Of a DNA stretch of 38,649 nucleotides, positions 34,555 through 38,649 are shown one piece after another (within the stretch, counting starts at the first letter, position 1; the number at the start of each line of letters is the position of its first letter). The DNA is from Candidatus Parcubacteria bacterium (GTDB taxonomy: Bacteria > Patescibacteriota > Minisyncoccia > SW-4-49-11). Below the pieces are notes generated by a model. That model did no database searches and was not told where the DNA came from. It saw only the letters and a list, made by a program, of their open reading frames with translations. The stretch lies in NCBI GenBank assembly GCA_041164045.1, contig JBEAQD010000021.1:1-38649 (forward strand). Direction: 5' to 3'. The position numbers were made by a program, and so were the translations under genes.

Positions 34555-35016
34555 TTATAATCCTAATGCTTCATCTGAATAAATGTCTTCTTCTAAATCT
34601 GAATCTATAGACTGTATTTCAGATTCTATTAAATCAGCTTCTATATTAGTGTTATCACTTACTGGAGTGGTTTCTATAGGATCATCCATAGGTGGTAAAG
34701 CGCATCCTACTCCTCCATCACCACACATCTCAGGCATAGGTATAGTCTCCTCAACCATATCGTCTGTCTGATACATACGATATACACTCACAGCTCCAAT
34801 GACTAGCGCAAAAAACACTAGAAACACAACAATTCCCCATAATAATGGTCTAGTGACAATATCTTTATTTACTATATTAGATACATTGTTACTGGAACGA
34901 TCAGTATACTGACTTGATGGGCTAGAAGGAGTAGCTTGTTCTGGAGGAAAAGAACTCAAACCAGAATTAGAATTAATTTGTTGTGGGTTTTGATTATTAT
35001 TGATATTATCTTCCAT
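34555..35016 (-). CDS. Hypothetical single-TM protein with low-complexity N- and acidic C-termini
   Basis: 153-aa ORF with a central helix LLWGIVVFLVFFALVIGAVSV. Confidence 0.45.
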   Translation of the reverse strand: MEDNINNNQNPQQINSNSGLSSFPPEQATPSSPSSQYTDRSSNNVSNIVNKDIVTRPLLWGIVVFLVFFALVIGAVSVYRMYQTDDMVEETIPMPEMCGDGGVGCALPPMDDPIETTPVSDNTNIEADLIESEIQSIDSDLEEDIYSDEALGL

Positions 35017-35037
35017 ATTTATAAATTTATATTAATA

Positions 35038-35823
35038 TTATTTAGGTATTACTTGGGTAGTACCATTTGGAATGTTAGTAGAATCTGGAGATGTACTTTC
35101 TTGAGGGCTTATACTTCTTAAATATGGAATGATTGTATCTTTGATGTATATTCTAATTTCTCTATCCTTAACTATTACTGATTGTAATTTTGATTTTCTA
35201 ATATCAACTTCAGTAGCTAATTGTGTTTGGTTATTACAAAATTCACCTTTGTTGACCTTAGTTCCAAATAGTTGAATATATTCTTGGTTAGCAACATTCA
35301 GAGTAGTGATTTTGTTTTTTAGCTCAGAAATATAAGAGTTATAAGTAGTTACATCTACTCCTCTTTCAACTAATTTGTTGGAAACATTCTCTAACCTCGT
35401 AGTTAATTTATTATATTTAGCTATTCTCACTTGAGATTTAGATGTGAAATTTCCTTGATGATTTAAAATTCTCATACCCACAGCTTCACATCTCTCTTTA
35501 ATTTTCTGTTCTCTTTGCTCTGAAGTCAAAGTAGACTGTGGAGAAGTCCTATTTTCTTGGTTAGTTATTCTTTGAGCAGGAACTGACTCTATAGTTTCTC
35601 TATTTGCTCTCTGTGATTGGGGGGAAAGTCTTTGACTATCTTGTCTCTGATTGCTAGAGTCTTCTCTATTTCTCATAGGGGCTCTTCTATCTCTACCTTC
35701 AACTGGGGTTTCTTGAGTTTGATTATTGGTGTCATCTTGTGCCAAAACTACGCCACTAACAGAAATCACTCCACCTATGATTGAGAGACTTGAGACAATA
35801 GCAATTTTAGATATTTTATTCAT
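35038..35823 (-). CDS. Hypothetical secreted protein
   Basis: 261 aa. Signal-peptide-like N-terminus, Q/R/S-rich linker and a helical C-terminal domain. Confidence 0.5.
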   Translation of the reverse strand: MNKISKIAIVSSLSIIGGVISVSGVVLAQDDTNNQTQETPVEGRDRRAPMRNREDSSNQRQDSQRLSPQSQRANRETIESVPAQRITNQENRTSPQSTLTSEQREQKIKERCEAVGMRILNHQGNFTSKSQVRIAKYNKLTTRLENVSNKLVERGVDVTTYNSYISELKNKITTLNVANQEYIQLFGTKVNKGEFCNNQTQLATEVDIRKSKLQSVIVKDREIRIYIKDTIIPYLRSISPQESTSPDSTNIPNGTTQVIPK

Positions 35824-35885
35824 ATTGATATTATTTTATAATTATATAAAAATTATATCACTACTAATTATTTTGTCAAATAAAA

Positions 35886-36173
35886 TTATATCCCAAGAGC
35901 CTCTCTTAATTCATCACTGACTTTCCATGGTGGATTAAAGGTAAGTTCAATATTTATGGCTTTTGGATTCAAGATAGACAGAGCGGTTCTTAACTCATCT
36001 TGCATTCTACCTCCAAAGGGACAGAGCGGAGTGGTATAAGTCATCAAGATATTAATTTCCTGCTCGGGAGTTACATCTATATTATAAATCAGCCCCAAAG
36101 TATAAATATCCAAGTGAACTTCTGGATCTAAAATAGTCTGACAAACTGCTATTACATCGTCTTTAGTAATCAT
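35886..36173 (-). CDS. DUF59 / SufT-like Fe-S assembly protein
   Basis: 95 aa. ILDPEV.LDIYTLGLIY and TTPLCPF blocks typical of the MIP18/DUF59 family. Confidence 0.75.
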   Translation of the reverse strand: MITKDDVIAVCQTILDPEVHLDIYTLGLIYNIDVTPEQEINILMTYTTPLCPFGGRMQDELRTALSILNPKAINIELTFNPPWKVSDELREALGI

Positions 36174-36179
36174 ATTTAT

Positions 36180-36887
36180 TTAGTCATTAAAGCCTCTTTC
36201 TTGTATTTTAGCTAAAGTTTCTACTCCCCCCTCTTCTGTGATTTCCCCATTTTTAATAATACTCACTCTGTCTGGCTTACTAGATAATTGCGCTAAATGA
36301 GTAATGATTAAGAATGTCATACCTGCTTTAGATAACTTTTCTAATTCAATTGACATTAGCTTAATTGCATCAATATCCAACCCTGAATCTGGCTCATCTA
36401 ATATGGCTAATTTGGGCTTTAAAATTATAAGTTGCAATAATTCTAATCTCTTTCTCTCCCCACCTGAGAAGCCATCATTGACATAACGTGATAAAGTATC
36501 TACTCCGAGCCCCAATTTTGTAGCCTCATCCAAAACCTTTTTTCTAAACTCCAATACATTTACCTTGCCATTGATAGCCTGATAGGAGTTTTTGAGTAAG
36601 CTCAAAATTGTCACTCCTTTTATAGCTGGAGGGTATTGCATAGATAAAAACAACCCAAGTTTAGCTATTTTGTCTGGGGCGAGTCTCGTAATATCTTGTC
36701 CCTCAAAAATAATCTCACCCTCCACCTCATATTCTGGACAACCCATTATAGCTAGAGCCAGAGTACTTTTACCGCTACCATTAGGACCCATCAGATAATG
36801 TATATGTCCTTTTTTAATCTCTAGACTAATATCTGAGATTATGGTTTTGTCGTCTTTTTTAACTATAAGATTTTGTAATTTTAGCAT
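36180..36887 (-). CDS. sufC: Fe-S cluster assembly ATPase SufC
   Basis: 235 aa. Walker A GPNGSGKSTL, signature FSGGERKR, Walker B LAILDEPDSGLD. Confidence 0.9.
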   Translation of the reverse strand: MLKLQNLIVKKDDKTIISDISLEIKKGHIHYLMGPNGSGKSTLALAIMGCPEYEVEGEIIFEGQDITRLAPDKIAKLGLFLSMQYPPAIKGVTILSLLKNSYQAINGKVNVLEFRKKVLDEATKLGLGVDTLSRYVNDGFSGGERKRLELLQLIILKPKLAILDEPDSGLDIDAIKLMSIELEKLSKAGMTFLIITHLAQLSSKPDRVSIIKNGEITEEGGVETLAKIQERGFND

Positions 36888-36911
36888 AATAAATATTGAT
36901 ACAAATTTATG

Positions 36912-37271
36912 TTATTTTAACACTTCCTGGGCTGTTCGTAAAGCTAAGGAAACACATTTAACCCGAGTTGGCTCCATCTCAATCCCTAGCCACTGATATA
37001 ATTCCTCTACTGTAATCTGAGCTAGATCATCTATTGTGAGCCCTTTTAATTTTTCTGTAGTAAGAGATGCCCCAGCAACACAGAGAGCACATCCAACCCC
37101 CTCAAAACTAACATCCTGCACCTTATTGTCTACAATATTTAGATACACCAAAATATCATCTCCACAATTAGCATTATGTCCATGTATTTTATGAGTGTGC
37201 TTGTCTAAAATACCTTTATTCAATGGATTACGGTATAAGTCTAAAATGTATTCACGATAAATATCCTCCAT
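36912..37271 (-). CDS. sufU: SufU/IscU-type Fe-S scaffold or sulfur acceptor (NifU N-terminal family)
   Basis: 119 aa with the three conserved Cys contexts NANCGDD, GVGCALCVA and RVKCVSL. Confidence 0.85.
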   Translation of the reverse strand: MEDIYREYILDLYRNPLNKGILDKHTHKIHGHNANCGDDILVYLNIVDNKVQDVSFEGVGCALCVAGASLTTEKLKGLTIDDLAQITVEELYQWLGIEMEPTRVKCVSLALRTAQEVLK

Positions 37272-37273
37272 AA

Positions 37274-38479
37274 TTATTGAAATTTAGTATAAATCTTATC
37301 CAAAGCCTGCATTAGGATATCTACTTCCCTTCTAGTATTATAAATCCCAAAAGTAGCCCTAGTACTACCAGAAATACCCAGAACCTGAGCAATGCCACTA
37401 GCACAATGCTGTCCTGCCCGCACACAAATATTCTCTTTAGCGAGTAAGTAAGCTATATCGTGAGTATGAATATTGTCTATTATAAAGGAAAAGCAGGCAA
37501 TTCTCAACTGCTCTTGTTCTCCACCTAAAACTTGTAGCCAAGGCCTCTCTGAGACTTGCTCCCAGATATACTGTACCAAATCTTGCTCATGAGATTGAAT
37601 ATACTCCCAACCAAGCTCCTGAAGCCAAGATATAGCTCTCGCTAACCCAATCACCTCCGCAATCGGTGGAGTCCCAGCCTCGAACCTTTGCGGAATAGGA
37701 GCATATTCTATATTTTTTAAATTCACATAATCCACCATATCACCCCCAGTCCGAGAAGGTGTCAATTGCTCTAAAAGACCATACTTAACCCACAAAACCC
37801 CCACTCCAGTCGGAGCATATAATTTATGCCCTGAGAAAACATAAGCATCCACACCAAAATCTGAAACGGACATCGGGATATGAGACACTGCTTGAGCCCC
37901 ATCTACTATACATAGAGCCCCTTTTGTATGAGCCTTCTTAGCAATTGCCTTTATATTATGAATTGTCCCGAGCACATTAGAAATATGCCCAATTACCACG
38001 ATAGCGGTATTATCATCAATCGTCTCCAGCAAAGCCTGCTCATCTAATGTATCTTCTTTGAGATAAATATATTTTATTTCTAGATTACATTTTCGTGCCA
38101 ATTCCCGCCAAGGTAGCATATTGCTATGATGCTCCGTCACTGGTATTATAATATTCTGCCCAGTACTTACCCGAGACCCCAACATCTCAGCCAACATATT
38201 TAGCCCATCTGTGGCTCCTCTAGTAAAAATAATTTCCTCAGTCCGATTAGCCCCTATGAATTCAGCAACTTTTACTCTCGCTCCCTCATACTCAGCCGTA
38301 GCCCGCTCTGAGAGATGATAAACACCTCTATGAATATTAGCCCTATAGCTCCTATAATAAGTATTCATAGCCTCCAAAACCACCTCCGGAGTCAAGCTCG
38401 ATGCCCCAGAATCTAGATAAATTAAATCCTGATTCAAAATCGGGAATTGCTCTCTAATTGTATAAACTTTATCCTCCAT
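37274..38479 (-). CDS. sufS: Cysteine desulfurase, SufS-type (class V aminotransferase)
   Basis: 401 aa. HISNVLGT, the PLP-lysine context SGHKLYAPTGVGVLW, and the active-site loop RAGQHCA. Confidence 0.9.
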   Translation of the reverse strand: MEDKVYTIREQFPILNQDLIYLDSGASSLTPEVVLEAMNTYYRSYRANIHRGVYHLSERATAEYEGARVKVAEFIGANRTEEIIFTRGATDGLNMLAEMLGSRVSTGQNIIIPVTEHHSNMLPWRELARKCNLEIKYIYLKEDTLDEQALLETIDDNTAIVVIGHISNVLGTIHNIKAIAKKAHTKGALCIVDGAQAVSHIPMSVSDFGVDAYVFSGHKLYAPTGVGVLWVKYGLLEQLTPSRTGGDMVDYVNLKNIEYAPIPQRFEAGTPPIAEVIGLARAISWLQELGWEYIQSHEQDLVQYIWEQVSERPWLQVLGGEQEQLRIACFSFIIDNIHTHDIAYLLAKENICVRAGQHCASGIAQVLGISGSTRATFGIYNTRREVDILMQALDKIYTKFQ

Positions 38480-38534
38480 ATAGATAAATTATACTAAATA
38501 TGTTATAATATGTGTATAGTAAATATAAAATTGT

Positions 38535-38649
38535 ATGGAAAAATTAGAATCTAAACAAGAAAGACCAATTTCTGAGTATTCATTCGGAGAAATTTTAGAT
38601 AAGATTTATACCTCAAATGGTGAGGGGGGGGGTAGAGATTTAACACAAG
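38535..38649 (+). CDS. Possible start of an ORF running off the window
   Basis: ATG at 38535 is open to the window end (MEKLESKQERPISEYSFGEILDKIYTSNGEGGGRDLTQ). Contains a G8 run. No further support. Confidence 0.2.
   Translation, partial: MEKLESKQERPISEYSFGEILDKIYTSNGEGGGRDLTQ

Noticed and set aside
31967-36798. ORFs at 31967-32158 (minus), 34583-34771, 34936-35121, 35726-35920, 36304-36486 and 36592-36798 (all plus).
   Set aside because: They are antisense or out of frame relative to well-supported genes (YebC-family, the secreted-protein genes, sufC). The RPTPS string in 31967-32158 is a coincidence with the cassette C-termini.

Overview
This is an AT-rich, tightly packed bacterial window. 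Its gene content fits a small-genome uncultivated lineage (Patescibacteria/CPR-like), though that placement is inference only. TAA, TAG and TGA all end well-supported genes, so the standard code applies.

Housekeeping genes:
- Pentose phosphate: gnd (5' partial), zwf
- Translation: archaeal-type valS, efp
- DNA repair and replication: uvrA, xseA, polA, ruvC
- Cell envelope: murI, a Wzx-like flippase, a processive GT2 glycosyltransferase
- Regulation: a YebC-family protein
- Fe-S assembly: a sufS-sufU-sufC-DUF59 operon

Features that stand out:
1. An isoprenoid/carotenoid gene set. It comprises a visibly GC-richer, cyanobacterial-type GGPP synthase and a divergent CruF-like/UbiA-prenyltransferase pair next to a CrtI/CrtD-family desaturase. 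This is the bacterioruberin-type C50 tailoring triad. No phytoene synthase is in the window.
2. Two tandem tRNA-like genes with good acceptor and T arms but aberrant anticodon arms. A consensus promoter and two terminators flank them.
3. A family of GC-rich mosaic hairpin repeats in at least six intergenic regions. One 242-bp unit has perfect 18-bp terminal inverted repeats. A perfect 23-bp inverted pair lies 28 kb apart.
4. Four GC-rich, non-coding, promoter/terminator-bounded candidate structured RNAs that I could not assign to a known family. Two share an identical 18-nt promoter core.
5. Two islets of small orphan genes, each with its own promoter and terminator. One islet holds a duplicated promoter-leader-ORF cassette.

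I found no CRISPR array, rRNA, transposase or integrase. All family assignments rest on motif recognition by eye; no searches were run.
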